From positions 3,970,001 to 4,034,000 of the forward strand of contig CM075998.1 of NCBI GenBank assembly GCA_038087875.1: DNA of 64,000 nucleotides, in the 5' to 3' direction. Source of the DNA: Malacoraja senta. Lineage: Eukaryota. How positions within the stretch are numbered: position 1 is the first letter of the stretch; each line of letters starts with the position of its first letter. A program made the position numbers and the translations under genes. Below the pieces are notes generated by a model. The model was not told the origin of the DNA, ran no database searches, and saw nothing but the letters and a program-made list of their open reading frames with translations. Of this stretch, positions 1 to 12,984 are shown piece by piece.

Positions 1-283
1 ATGCAGCTCAGAACCAGGCCCTTCTGCCCACCCAGTCAGTGCCGACCGCCGACCCCCCCCCGCACACTGACACTATCCTGCACACAATAGGGACGATTTT
101 TAAATTAATCTACAAACATGCACGCCTTTGGAGTGTGAGAGGAAACTGAGGCACCCGGAGGAAACCCATGCGGTCACAGGGAGAAGGTACAAACTCCGTA
201 CAGACAGCACCTGTAGTCAGGATCGAACCCGGGTCTCTGGCGCTGTGAGGCAGCAACTCCTCCGCTGCTCCACCGTGCCACCC
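1..283 (-). mobile_element. HE1-type tRNA-derived SINE
   Basis: Reverse complement begins GGGTGGCACGGTGG...; A-box-like and B-box (GGTTCGATCC) motifs; 3' tail GGGCCTG... shared with CR1 LINE ends. Roughly 20 full or partial copies in the window. Confidence 0.85.
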
Positions 284-367
284 GTTATTTTTTATTTGTC
301 TGCCTTACATATGGCCGTACGAGTTAGGAGCAGGAGGAGGCCACTCGGCCACTTGAGCTTGCTGAAT

Positions 368-660
368 GTCACCTATCCACAACCTCCAGAGATGCTGCCT
401 GACCCGCTGAGTTACTCCAGCATAAAGACATAAAGTGTATAGGAAGGAACTGCAGGTGCTGGTTTACATCGAAGATAGACACAAAAAGCTGGAGTAACTC
501 AGTGGGTCGGGCAGCATCTCTGGAGAAAAGGAATAGGTGACGTTTCGGGTTGAGACCCTTCTTCATATGTACGTTCTCCAGAAATGCTGCCTGACCTGCT
601 GAGTTACTCCAGCACTTTGTGTCCTTTTATGTAAACCAGCATCTGCAGTTCCTTGTTTCT
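368..660. mobile_element. Penelope-like terminal-repeat fragments in both orientations
   Basis: Repeated motif GCTGGAGTAACTCAGCGGG...GGTGACGTTTCGGG and its reverse complement; the same sequence is the 3' end of the GIY-YIG-bearing copy at 17027-17504. Confidence 0.75.
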
Positions 661-1324
661 GCGAGTTACTCCATTACTTGGTGTGTTTTATCTTTAGTTT
701 AGTTTAGTTTAGTTTAGTTTAGCCAATTAACCAACAAACCTGCACGTCTTTGGAGTGTGGGAGGAAACCGGAGCACCCGGAGGAAACCCACGCAGGTCAC
801 GGGGAGAACGTGCAAACTCCGCACAGACAGCACCCGTAGTCGGGGTCAACTCTACCGCTGCACCACCAGGTCGCCCTGGTGTTAGAAAACCAATTAAACT
901 GCAGGTGCTAGAATGTGAAACAAAAGTAGAAGCGCTGGAAGAACTCAGCCAGTCCAGCAGCATCTGTGGGAAGAGGTGCCAGTCCACACAGTGTTCTGAA
1001 GAAGGGTCTTCAACCTGAAACTTTGACTGGTTTCTCTTTCCACAGATACCGCTTGATTCCCCGAGTTCTTCCAGCATTTCTATCTTTGTTTCACTTTTAA
1101 GATATTAGTACAAAAAAAACCGCCTAAACATGCTTCCTGTGACATCCCATCCTTGCACAGTGTAGAGTCAGACAGCACGGAAACAGGCCCTTCAGCCATA
1201 TTGCCCATGCCGAACAAGATGCCTCATCCATAGCTGTCCCACCTGCCTGCATTTGTCAGGCATTCATGCAGTCCTGGTGTTGTCTCATCAATGCATAACC
1301 TCCCTATTTTCCTAAATTCCGAAG

Positions 1325-1770
1325 TAATAGGAGCAGAATTAGGCCATTCGGCCCATCAAGTCTACTGCGCCATTCAATCGTGACTGATCTATCTCTCCCT
1401 CCTAACCCCATTCTCCTGCCTTCTCCCCATAACCCCTGACACTCTTAAAAATAGCGGAGTCAGGGGATATGGGGAGAAGGCAGGAACGGGGTACTGATTG
1501 GGGATGATCAGCCATGATCACATTGAATGGCGGTGCTGGCTCGAAGGGCCGAATGGCCTACTCCTGCACCTATTGTCTATTGTCTATTGTCTATTGTCAC
1601 CCGTACTAATCAGGAATCTGTCAATCTCCGCCTTAAAAATATCCACTGACTTGGCCTCCACAGCCGTCTGTGGCAATGAATTCCACAGATTCATCACCCT
1701 TTGACTAAAGAAATTCCTCCTTATCTCCTTCCTAAAGGCACGTCCTTTTGTTCTGAGGCTGTGGCCTTCG
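1325..1770. mobile_element. CR1 LINE 3' fragments, one nested in another in opposite orientation
   Basis: CR1 tail GGGCCGAATGGCCTACTCCTGCACC(TATTGTC)n at ~1546-1598 inside a minus-strand 3' fragment. Confidence 0.8.
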
Positions 1771-2078
1771 TAGTCAATTCACTGCAAATAAGCAATAAGG
1801 TTCTGTTAAGTTTCCCAATTACTTGCTGTGCCAGCAAATTAACGCTGAAACCTTAATCCCTACGCACCACAGAGATTGTAATTTCTCACCATTTATTTTT
1901 CCTAACAAAATGAATCATGTCACATTTCCCACATTATATTCCATTTGCCCATTCACTTGACCTTTCAATATCCCTTTGTGGCTTCCATGCGTCCCCTTCA
2001 ACTTACTTGCCTATCTACTGACAAAGAGGGACCAAGCATGTGGGGAACTGCCAAGAACAAAGAGGTGAGAAGGAAGCC

Positions 2079-2545
2079 CTGTGAGCAGTTTTGGGCCCCA
2101 TATCTGAGGAAGGATGTGCTGGCTCTGGAGAGAGTCCAGAGGAGGTTTACGACAATGATCCCAGGAATGAGTGGGTTAACATATGATGAGCGTTTGTCGG
2201 CACTGGGCCTGTACACGCTGGAGTTTAGAAGGATGAGGGGGGGACATGGTTGAAACTTACCCGATAGTGAAAGGCCTGGATAGAGTGGATGTGGAGAGGA
2301 TGTTTCCACTAGTGGGAGAGTCTAGGACCAGAGGGCACAGCCTCAGAATTAAAGGACGTTACTTTAGGAAGGAGGTGAGGAGGAATTTCTTTAGCCAAAG
2401 GGTGGTGAATCTATGGAATTCATTGCCACAGACGGCTGTGGAGGCCAAGTCAGTGGATATTTTTAAGGCGGAGATTGACAAATTTTTGATTAGTGCGGGT
2501 GTCAGAGGTTATGGGGAGAAGGCAGGAGAATGGGGTTGAGATAGA
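2079..2545 (+). mobile_element. CR1 LINE RT C-terminal fragment
   Basis: ORFs 1945-2253 and 2246-2539: [24 protein letters not shown]...RTRGHSLRI...RRNFFSQRVVNLWNSLP, the typical CR1 ORF2 end. Confidence 0.9.
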
Positions 2546-2579
2546 AAGATAGGGACCCCTCTTCAGTACAAAAAAAAAA

Positions 2580-2977
2580 GACACAAGGTGCTGGAGTAAC
2601 TCAGCGGGACAGGCAGCATCTCTGGAGAGAAGGAATGGGTGACGTTTCGGGTCGAGACCCTTCTTCAGACTGAGAATCAGGGGAGAGGGAGACCAGAGAT
2701 ATGAAAAGGTACAAAGGGGGAATGAACGAAAGGTTTGCAAAAGGACAAATCAAAGCCAGCAAGGATGATCAAAGAAAGGTGGAGCCCACAATGGTCCATT
2801 GTTGGCTGTGGCGAGGGTGATAACGAGTGGATACAAACAGTGAAACTCAACAGATCGACAGTGAAACTAGCACGACGATTAGGGTGGGTGAGGGGTGGGG
2901 AGAGAGGGGATGCAAGGGTTACTTGAAGTTAGAGACATCAATAGTCATACCACTGGGTTGTAAGCTGGCCAAGCGAG
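2580..2977 (-). mobile_element. Penelope-like element 3' fragment
   Basis: Minus strand encodes ...LASLQPSGMTIDVSNFK*, then the 3' region and a terminal repeat with a hammerhead core at 2639-2670. Confidence 0.8.
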
Positions 2978-4119
2978 ATGGTTGGTGGTTGGTATGGATT
3001 CGGACGGCTAAGGGCCTGTTGTAAAGTTGTGTGTCTCTATGGCTCCCACTATGTCACTATGATTCGAATGGAATCACTGCAAATGGTCAGTCCAAACTCG
3101 GCGGGCCGAAGCACCTGTTTCCACACTGTGCGAATCTATATTATCTTGGATTTATCTTCAATGTAAACTTTTTTAAATAATTTATCTCGAAGGATCTTTT
3201 ACTGGCAATGGCAGCATTTATTCCACATCCCCACTCGCCCCAGAATCGAGGTGGTGTTTAAAGGGTTAACCACGTTTGTGGGTCAGGGGTCAGGAGTCAC
3301 GTAAAAGTGAAATGAGGGGAAAGGATGTTAAGGAAGGGAAGGCTCGAAGGGCCGAATGGCCTACTCCTGCACCTATTTTCTATGTTTCTATGTTTCTAAT
3401 GAACCAGACGAGTTTTACAATCCAGTAGATTGTAGTTCCCATTACTCAGGCTAATCTGAACCTAGATTTATTCAATTAGTTGAAATTAAAGCCCTTGACT
3501 GCTGTTGTGGGATTCAAACTTATGTCTCTGGGAACAATGTGCCAGAGCTCTAGCCACATTGCCACGAACGTAAACCGCAGCTCCGCAGCTTGATCAGACA
3601 ATTGCCAAGACCGGTTAATGGTCAGCATGAGCCAGATGGGCCGAAGGGCCTCTGTCCGTGGCCATTAACCCTACACCACAAGATGCTAAAAGTGGGAAGG
3701 AACAAATGTAATGAGGAGAAGAGACAAGGGGATCTAGGGAGGACACGGGGGGGGGGGGGGGGGGGGATGGCCACCAATGGCAGCGGTGAGGGTCATTCGG
3801 CCCAACTACTCCGTGCTAGCCGCTGGCAGAGCAATTGGGTTATTCCCGTTCACCTGCTCTTTCCCTGCTCCTGTGAGTCATTCTCTGTTCCAGTCCCTAC
3901 TGTGGCCCCAGACCGATTCTCATTCCATCCCCTCAATCATCACCACTCTCTGGGTTTTTACCTCACATTCATACCCAAGAAGACTAAAATTGTTCCATTG
4001 TTTAGTTCCATGGCTTATTTTAGAGATACAGCATGGAGGTAGGCCCTTCGGCCCCCCAAGTCCATGCCGGCCAGCTCTTGGTGCCGTCTCACCAATGCAT
4101 GGCCTCCCTAAGTTCATAA

Positions 4120-4770
4120 GTTCATGAGCCATAGGAGCAGAATTGGGCCATTCAGCCCATCGAGTCGATGATCACCATTCAATCATGGCTGATCTATCTC
4201 TCCCTCTCAACCCCATTCTCCTGCCTTCTCCCCATAACCCCTGACACCCATACTGATCAAGAATCTGTCAATCTCTGTTTAATAAAAATATTAAAGGTAT
4301 TTTTAATATCTTAAATATATCCATTGACTTGTGGCCTCCACAGCCGTCTGTGGCAATGAATCCCACAGATTCACCACCCTCTGACTAAAGAAATTCCTCC
4401 TCATCTCCATCCTAAAGGTACATCCTTTTATTCTGAGGCTGTGCCCTCTGGTCCTAGACTCTCCCACTAGTGGAAACATCCTCTCCACATCCACTCTATC
4501 CAGGCCTTTCACTGTTCAGTAAGTTTCAATGAGGTCCCCCCCTCATCCTTCTAAACTCCAGCGAGTACAGGCCCAGTGCCGTCAAACGCTCATCATATGT
4601 TAACCCACTCATTCCTGGGATCATTCTTGTAAACCTCCTCTGGACCCTCTCCAGAGCAGCACATCCTTCCTCAGATATGGGGCCCAAAACTGCTCACAGT
4701 ACTCCAAATGTGGCCTGACCAGGGCCTTATAGAGCCTCAGCATTACATCCCTGTTTTTATATTCTAGTCC
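4120..4770 (-). mobile_element. CR1 LINE 3' fragment
   Basis: ORF 4303-4512 KGLDRVDVERMFPLVGESRTRGHSLRIKG...; CR1 3' tail. Confidence 0.9.
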
Positions 4771-4771
4771 T

Positions 4772-5440
4772 TCTAGTTTTGAGATACAGTGTGGAAACAG
4801 GCCCTTCGGGCCACCGAGTCCGTGTTGGCCAGCGATCCCCGCACATCAACACTACCCTATACACACAAGGGACAAATGTTAAATTTACTCCAAGCCAATT
4901 AACCTACAAACCTGTACGTCTTTTGGAATGTGGGAGGAAACCCGGAGATCTCGGAAGAAAACCCACGCAGATCACGTAAAAAATAGGTGCAGGAGTAGGC
5001 CATTCGGCCCTTCGAGCCAGCACCGCCATTCAAAATGATCACGGCTGATCATTCAAAATCCGTACCCTGTTCCTGCTTTCTCCCCGTATCCCTTGATTTT
5101 AGCCCCAAGAGCTAAATGTAACTCTCTCTTGAAAACATCCAGTGAATCGGCCTCCACTGCCTTCTGTGGCAGAGAATTCCACAGATTCACAACTCTCTGG
5201 GTGAAAAAGATTTTCCTCATCTCAGTCCTAAGTGGCCTACCCCTTATTCTTAAACTGTGTGACCCCTGGTTCTGGACTCCCCCAGCATCGGGAACATGTT
5301 TCCTGCATCTAGCCTGTCCAATCTCTTCCGAATTTTACAGGGAGAAAGTACAAACTCCGTACAGACAGCACCCGTAGCCAGGATCTAATCGGGGTCTCTG
5401 GCGCTGTGAGGCAGCGACTTTAACACTGCGCCACCGTGCC
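4772..5440 (-). mobile_element. HE1-type SINE interrupted by a CR1 3' fragment (~4978-5325)
   Basis: SINE body at 4772-4976 resumes at ~5338 (ACAGGGAGAAAGTACAAACTCCGTACAGAC) after a CR1 segment. Confidence 0.8.
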
Positions 5441-5894
5441 GCTGGTTCGGAATAAATAAAAGCATCTCTGCTGGGTATTTTGCAGCTGCAATTGATTTCA
5501 GAGGCCCGGGTTCGATCCTGACCACGGGCGCTGTCTGTACGGAGTTTGTACGTTCTCCCCGTGACCTTGTGGGTTTTCTCCGGGTGCTCCGGTTTCCGCC
5601 CACATCTCAAAGACGTGCGGGTCAGTGGATTAATGAACCCATCTGTGAATTGCCCCTAGCATGTGGATGAATCTGCCAGGGGGGGGGGGGGGGGTAATGT
5701 TGAGAGAGTGGGGAGAATGACATAAGTTTGGGATAAACAGAGAGTTGATGGTCAGAATGAACTCAGTGGGCCCAAGGGCCTGTTTCTGTGCTGTATGACT
5801 CAATAATTTGATGGGCAGAATAATGTTGGCTAAATTAGATGTAGACTCGCAGACTGGGACCACTGTGGTTAAAAATATGTAGAGAGAAATATGT

Positions 5895-6190
5895 GGTGGC
5901 GCAGCGGTAGAGTTGCTGCCTCACAGCGCCAGAGACCTGGGTTTGATCCTGACTACGGGTGCTGTCTGTGCGGAGTTTGCACGTTCTCCCCGCGACCCGC
6001 GTGGGTTTTCTCCGGGTGCTCCGGTTTCCTCCCGCACTCCAAACACGTGCAGGTTTGTAGGCTAATTGGCTTGGTGTAAAATGTAAAAATTGTCCCCAGT
6101 GTGCGTGGGATAGTGTTAGTGTGCGGGGATCGCTGGTCGGCGCGGACTCGGTGGGCCGAAGGGCCTGTTTCCGCACGGCATCTCTAGACA
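5895..6190 (+). mobile_element. HE1-type SINE
   Basis: GGTGGCGCAGCGGTAGAGTTGCTGCC A-box head, B-box, full body and CR1-like tail. Confidence 0.9.
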
Positions 6191-6834
6191 AAGCTTAATT
6201 CAGGTAGGAACTGCAGATGCTGGTTTACACCGAAGACAGACACAAATTGCCAGAGTAACTCAGCAGGACGGGCGGCATCTCCCCGCTGAGTTACCCTAGC
6301 ATTTTGTGTCTATCTTCATGCTATTGTCATTTGCGGCAAGCAAACAGTTGTCAAGAGAGGAGAAATGACTATAAGAAACAGCTGTGGGTAAGTCAGGCCA
6401 GCTAAGATGGCAATACAATAAAGAGATTTCATGACAAGAATAACATGGCCACCGACTTTCATTACTGTTGTTTCAACGCTCATTATCTAGATTAATTTAA
6501 ATGAATTATAATCAGTTTAGCATATATTTACCTTTTGTATTAATATTGGTTCAGCTTTAACGTACATTTATACTGATTGCATAGCTCAGTAGATATCAAA
6601 CTTTTTTTTTTAGGGTGGAGGAAGGAACAGCAGACAGAAGACAGACACAAAGTGCTGGAGGAACTCAGCGGGCCAGGCAGCATCTCTGGGGATGCTGCCT
6701 GACCCGCTGAGTTACTCCAGCATTTGTGTCTATTTTCGGTTAAGTGTGCTTTTTGACAAGGGTAGACCGTCACATGGAAGCCATCCTACCAACCACTAGG
6801 GAGCAGTCCTGAACTCCTATCAGTCTCATTGGAG

Positions 6835-7532
6835 ACATAGAAAATAGAAACATAGGAAATAGGTGCAGGAGGAGGCCATTTGGCCCTTCGAGCCAGCACC
6901 GCCATTCATTGTGATCATGGCTGATCGTCCCCTATCAATAACCCGTGCCTGCCTTTTCCCCATATCCCTTGATTCCACTAGCCCCTAGAGCTCTATCTAA
7001 CTCTCTCTTAAATCCATCCAGTGACTTGGCCTCCACTGCCCTCTGTGGCAGGGAATTCCATAAATTCACAACTCTCTGGGTGAAAATGTTTTTTCTCACC
7101 TCAGTCTTAAATGGCCTCCCCTTTATTCTAAGACTGTGGCCCCTGGTTCTGGACTCGCCCAACATTGGGAACATTTTTCCTGCATCTAGCTTGTCCAGTC
7201 CTTATATAATGTTATATGTTTCTATAAGATCCCCCTCATCCTTCTAAACGCCAGTGAATACAACCCTAGTCTTTTCAGTCTTTCCTCATGTGACAGTCCC
7301 GCCATCCCAGGGATCAATCTCGTGAACCTACGCTGCACTGCCTCAATCACAAGGATGTCCTTCTCAAATTAGGAGACCAAAACTGTACACAATACTCCAG
7401 ATGTGGTCTTACCAGAGCCCTATACAACTGCAGAAGAACCTCTCTACTCCTATACTGAAATCCTCTTGTTATGAAGGCCAACATTCCATCAGCTTTCTTC
7501 ACTGCCTGCTGTACCTGCACGCCAACTTTCAG
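6835..7532 (-). mobile_element. CR1 LINE 3' fragment
   Basis: ORF 6935-7174 MFPMLGESRTRGHSLRIKGRPFKTEVRK...; (TTTCTATG)n-type tail. Confidence 0.9.
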
Positions 7533-7573
7533 TACAAGGACCCTAGCACTATCTTTGATTGGACTTTAATTGT

Positions 7574-7756
7574 GGGCCTGTTCCACTTTCACGCCCTAAT
7601 TCACGACCTCTGCTGAGTTTGCCCTTGATTCATACTCGCAGCATGGTCGTCACGAGGTCGTAGGAGGTCGTAGGGAGGTCGTAGCAGGCCGTGATGCTAG
7701 TCGTAGGTACTCGTGGCATCAAGTAGGTCGGGGCGTTTTTCTAGCCTGATGAAAAA
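7574..7756. mobile_element. Partial TA-flanked MITE (GGGCCTGTCCCACT terminal family)
   Basis: Begins GGGCCTGTTCCACTTTCACG...; matches the complete element at 19642-19858. Confidence 0.7.
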
Positions 7757-8457
7757 TGTGGCAAATTAATTTGAACGTGAACTTGAACAAACTTTATTGG
7801 CTTTATCTTGCACGAAACATCATTCACGTTATCCCCTTCATCATGTATCTGTACTCGATTGTTATCATGTACCGTCTTTCCAGTGACTGGTTAGCACGCA
7901 ACAAAAGCTTTTCACTGCACCTCGGTACACGTGACTGAGTCTGAAGGAGTCTGAAGAGCCTGAGTCACCTATTCCTTTTCTCCAGAGATGCTGTCTGACC
8001 TGCTGAGTTTCTCCAGCTGTTTGTGTCTATCTTCGGTTTAAACCACCTTCCGACACCGGGCGCCTACTTTAGTTTAGTTTCGAGATGCAGCATGGAAACA
8101 GGCCCTTCGGCCCACCGAGTCCGTACCGACCATCGATCACCCGGTCACACTAGATCTATGTTATCCCACTTTCTCATCCACTCCCCATACACTAGGGGGC
8201 AATTAACCTACAAGCCCGCGCGTCTTTGGGTTGTGGGAGGAAACTGAAGCACCCGGAGGAAAACCACGCGGTCACGGGGAGACCCGACGTGTGGGGGGTG
8301 GTGGGGGGGCACCGAGAACAAAGAGGGACGTGGCTGGGGTGGGGGGGAGGGGGGAGAAGGAAGAGGGATCTTTAAGACTACATTGAACACTTTTGTAACA
8401 TTCTCGCCGCCCTTTACGTGGCAACCCTTTGCATACCTTGTGTATTGTATGCAAAGA

Positions 8458-8780
8458 CGGCACAGTGGCACAGCGGTAGAGTCGCTGCCTTACAGCGATC
8501 TCAGCGCCAGAGACGCGGGTTCGATCCCGGCTACGGATGCTGTCTGTACGGAGTTTGTACGTTCTCCCCGTGACCCGCGTGGGTTTTCACCGAGATCTTC
8601 GGTTTCCTCCCACACTCCAAAGACGTACAGGTTTGTAGATTAATTGGCTGGGTGTAAATGTAAATTGTCCCTCGTGTGTGTGTAGGATAGTGTTAGTGTG
8701 CGGGGATCGCTGGTCGACGAGGACTCGGTGGGCCGAAGGGCCTGTTTCCATGCTGTATCTCTAAACTAAACGAAACTAAA
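8458..8780 (+). mobile_element. HE1-type SINE, near full length
   Basis: tRNA head with B-box GGTTCGATCC, body and (CTAAA)n tail. Confidence 0.9.
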
Positions 8781-9437
8781 CACAAAGAATTTCACTGCAT
8801 CAAGTACATGTGACAATAATGTACCAATTAATCAAGCAACTGTGTCCGCCTTGTTCAATCATCTCATACACAGCTGTCTTGACTATAGTTTACTGTAAGT
8901 TCATAAGTGATAGGAGCAGAATTATGCCATTCAGCCCATCAAGTCTATTCCATCATTCAATCATGGCTGATCTATCTTTCCCTCTCAACCCCATTCTCCT
9001 GCCTTCTCCCCATAACCCCTGACACCCGTACTAATCAAGAATCTATCTATCTCTGCCTTAAAAGTATCCACTGACTTGGCCTCCACAGCCGTCTGTGGCA
9101 ATGAATTCCACAGAAACACCACCCTCTAAAGGACTAAAGAAATTCCTCCTCATCTCCTTCCTAAAGGAAAATCCTTTTATTCTGAGGCTACGACTCTGGA
9201 CTTTCCCACTCGTGGAAACATCCTCTCCACATCCACTCTATCCAGGCCTCTGTTGAGGGCGAAAAGGAGGGGGATGTCTGCTCATTGTGACCTCCGGGAT
9301 GGCTGGAGGCCCTCATAGCCCAGACGTGGAAGATCACTGCCACCTGTCAGGCCAGACCTGGCCCGAACCCTGTGCAGGCTGAACCAGGGAGGTCGTTCAA
9401 CAATGGAGGAGCTCATGGTCTCCAGCAGTGTGTGGCT

Positions 9438-9454
9438 GCTGCCACCTGGTGGCA
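9438..9454 (-). promoter_or_regulatory. Candidate CTCF motif
   Basis: Reverse complement TGCCACCAGGTGGCAGC matches the vertebrate CTCF core consensus; lies in non-repeat-looking DNA. Confidence 0.4.
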
Positions 9455-9759
9455 CAGGCCTGCGCATGCAACTAGCTCTTCCACAACACCAGATCCCTGT
9501 CAAACCGTTGTCTTCCAGTGTAAATTTCCAATAAATGAATCTTTATGCTTCGTACAATTCTCAGCATTCTTTAAGTGAGGAGTCAGAAGACTCCTTCTGG
9601 AGGGGCGGCACGGTGGCGTAGCGGTAGAGTTGCTGCCTGACAGCACCGGAGACCCGGGTGCGATCCCAACTACGGGTGCTGTCTGTACGGAGTTTGTACG
9701 TTCTCCCTGTGACCATGTGGGTTTTCTCTCACTGCTCTGGATTTCCTCTCTAGCTGAGG

Positions 9760-10140
9760 AGAGGACGGTTCAGTTGCCAGATAACAGCTGGGAAGAAACT
9801 GTCCCTGAATCTGGAGGTGTGTGTGCGTTTGTTTTCACACTTCTGTACCTCTTGCCCGATGGGAGAGGGGAGAAGAGGGAGTGGCCGGGGTGAGACTGGT
9901 CCTTGATGATGCTGCTGGCCTTGCCGAGGCAGCGTGAGGTGTAGATGGAGTCGATGGAAGGGAGGTTGGTTTGTGTGACGGTCTGGGCTGCGTCCACAAT
10001 AAGTTGCAATTTCTTGCGGCCTTGGATGGAGCTGTTCCCAAACCGTGCTGTGATGCTTCCCGATAAAATGCTTTCTGTATAAAACGCATCTGTAGAAGTT
10101 GGGGAGAGTTGTTGGGGACATGCCGAACCTCCTAAGGCGA
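9760..10140 (-). mobile_element. Rex1/Babar LINE RT C-terminal fragment
   Basis: ORF 9770-10222: ESILSGSITARFGNSS...RKKLQLIVDAAQ...LPSIDSIYTSRCLGKASSIIKDQSHPGHSLFSPLPSGKRYRSVK. Confidence 0.85.
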
Positions 10141-10396
10141 GGTGAAAGATCAGCCATGGGTATGGGAAAGGTATAACAGACACAAGGGGCCAAATGGTCT
10201 CACCTGATTCTAGTTCTGACATTCACATGCTCTTAACAAATGATCTGCTTCTCATCGCATTGCTGTTTATGGGATCTTGCTGTGTGCGGGCTGGCTGCAA
10301 ACGGCGCAAGACGTATCCTCTCACTGTTCTACATGAGGCTGCATTATGCAGGGCCAATGGACGCGGGGGGCTCAATGCTGGGGCCACACGCCTCAC

Positions 10397-10694
10397 TTTA
10401 GTTTAGAGATACAGCGCGGAAACAGGCCCTTCGGCCCACCGAGTCCGTGCCGACCAGCGATCCCCACACACTGACACTATCCTACACACACTAGGGGACA
10501 ATTTACAATTTTTACCGAAGCCAATTAACCTACAAACCTGCACGTCTTTGGAGTGTGGGAGGAAACCGGAGCACCCGGAGAAAACCCACGCAGGTCACGG
10601 GGAGAACGTGCAAACTCCGTACAGACAGCGCCCGTAGTCGGGATGGAACCCGGGTCCCTGGTGCTGTGAGGCAGCAACTCTACCGCTGCACCAC
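10397..10694 (-). mobile_element. HE1-type SINE
   Basis: Same family as 5895-6190, reverse orientation. Confidence 0.9.
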
Positions 10695-11049
10695 CGGCAG
10701 CCTCACCGGCACCAGCCCAAAGGTGGCACCCTGTGCCAGGGCAGCTCTGAACATTCAGGCAATGTTATAGATTCATAAACAGCCCTTCGGTCCGCCTGGT
10801 CAGTGCCGGCCAAGGTACCCACCGATGCTGATCCCCTTTGGTAAACTTCCCCTGCCATGGGTGGGGAGAGATGTCTCATTCGAAGCATGGCTGCAAAGCT
10901 TTTCTATTCGGAAGTGAGCCAATGCAGGGAGAGGCAGCACTTCTCCCTGACATCTGGTGTACAGCATGTTTTGTGGAATTACATTACAGCTTCCGAAATC
11001 GCACTGATGCTTTTTGTGAAGTATGAGCTTCCTGCTCCCCATTAGATCC

Positions 11050-11912
11050 TCTCTCTCTCTCTCTCTCTCTCTCGACTCTCTCAAAAGAACTCTCTCTCTC
11101 CCTCTCTCTCTAATCCCTCACATAACTCTCCCTCTCCTTCCTCCTCTTGACCCACACATAAGAACTCTCTCCCACTCTTTCTGTTTCTCTCTCGCTCCCT
11201 TTCCCCCTCTCTCTCTCCAAACCTTCACGTTAAGAACCCTCTCTTCCCCCCTCTCTCCTCTCACTCCCCTCTCCCCCTCTAACCCCCCTCTCTCTCCAAT
11301 CTTCTCTCCTTACCCCCCCCCCCCCTTATCTTCAGGAGAGGGGAGAAGAGGACAGGAGAGGGGAGGAGAGGAGAAGAGAGGAGAGGAGAGAGGAGGGGAG
11401 GGGAGGAGAGGAGAGGAGAGGGGAGGAGAGGAGGGGAGAGGAGGGGAGATAAGGAGAGGGGAGGAGAGGAGAGGAGGGGAGGGGAGAGGAGAGGGGAGGT
11501 GAGGAGGGGAGAGGAGGGGAGAGGGGGAGGGGAGGAGAGGAGGGGAGAGGGGAGGAGAGGAGAGGGGAGGGGAGGGGAGGAGAGGAGAGGGAGGAGAGGG
11601 GAGGGGAGGGGAGGGGAGGAGGGGAGAGGAGGGGAGAGGGGGAGGGAGGAGAGGGGAGGAGAGGAGAGGAGAGGAGAGGGGAGGAGGGGAGGGGAGGAGA
11701 GGAGAGGGGAGAGGGAGAGGAGGAGAGGGGAGGAGAGGAGAGGAGAGGGGAGGAGGGGAGGGGAGGGGAGGAGAGGGGAGGAGAGAGGAGAGGGGAGGAG
11801 AGGAGAGGAGAGGGGAGGGGAGGAGAGGAGGAGAGGGGAGGAGGGGAGGGGAGGAGAGGTAAGGAGAGGGGAGGAGAGGAGAGGGGAGGGCAGGAGAGGG
11901 TAGGGGAGAGGA
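11050..11912. repeat. CT-rich tract followed by ~580 bp (GGAGA/GGGGA)n polypurine microsatellite
   Basis: Seen directly: 11050-11325 pyrimidine-rich, 11334-11912 almost pure G/A. Confidence 0.95.
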
Positions 11913-12449
11913 GCATACACGGTGGAAGTTGAAAACAAGAAGGAGAATGTTTAAATTGAGGCGGTGCTTAACCATGACTCAGTGTGGGACACAAGTGCTG
12001 GGTGTGATGAGTCATCAGGTCTTGTCGTGAGTCAAACAACAGCGTTTTGGAATAGTTGAAGTTTCAGGGGAGTAGGGTGAGGAGGGGGGCTGTTCACAAG
12101 AGTGTATTGGTGCAGTGCAGATGAGAGATAACAAGGCAAGCCACAAGGAACAAAAAGCTGGAGTAACTCAGCGGGCCAGGCAGCATCTCTGGAGAGAAGG
12201 AATAGGCAATGTTTCGGGTGGAGACCATTCTTCAGACAGTCTGAAGAAGGAGTCTCGACCCGAAACGTCACCTATCCATTCCCTCCACAGATGCTGCCTG
12301 ACCCACAGAGTCACAGCGTGATACAGCGTAGAAACAGGCCCTTCAGCCCAACTTGCCCACACCGGCCAACATGTCCCATCTGCACTAATCCCACCTGCCT
12401 GCGTTTGGCCCATATCCCTCCAAACCTGTCCTATCCAATGTACCTGTCT

Positions 12450-12649
12450 NNNNNNNNNNNNNNNNNNNNNNNNNNNNNNNNNNNNNNNNNNNNNNNNNNN
12501 NNNNNNNNNNNNNNNNNNNNNNNNNNNNNNNNNNNNNNNNNNNNNNNNNNNNNNNNNNNNNNNNNNNNNNNNNNNNNNNNNNNNNNNNNNNNNNNNNNNN
12601 NNNNNNNNNNNNNNNNNNNNNNNNNNNNNNNNNNNNNNNNNNNNNNNNN
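12450..12649. other. Assembly gap (200 N)
   Basis: Run of N; true distance across the gap is unknown. Confidence 1.
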
Positions 12650-12984
12650 CTTTTGAGGTTTATTTGCCACATAATCCCACCCAGATCCAGCAGACATTGG
12701 ACTGTTTATTTTGAACAGAGTTAACTCCTTACGGGTCTGAAATGTCAACCACACACAATAGGGCAAGACAAATAGCTTTGAGTTCAAAGTCTATAAATCT
12801 ATTGTGACTTTGCAAAAAAATGTCACAGTGCAACCACCAGAACTCAAATGGTTTGTAAACATCAGTAAAACCTTGAGGCCCTGCACATTTCAACACTTTC
12901 CTTGGCAGAACTGTCATCGCACTGGGCCGGGCCGACCCGTACTCCAACGATCCAGTGTCTTAAAGAGCCTTAAATACGGAAATA

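Noticed and set aside
5895..5960. tRNA genes at SINE heads (also ~8460, ~9605, ~29495)
   Set aside because: A/B boxes continue into SINE body and LINE tail; no complete cloverleaf or terminator.
11023..11975. Long Pro/Ser/Leu or Arg/Gly/Glu ORFs (134-221 aa)
   Set aside because: Translation artefacts of the GA/CT microsatellite.
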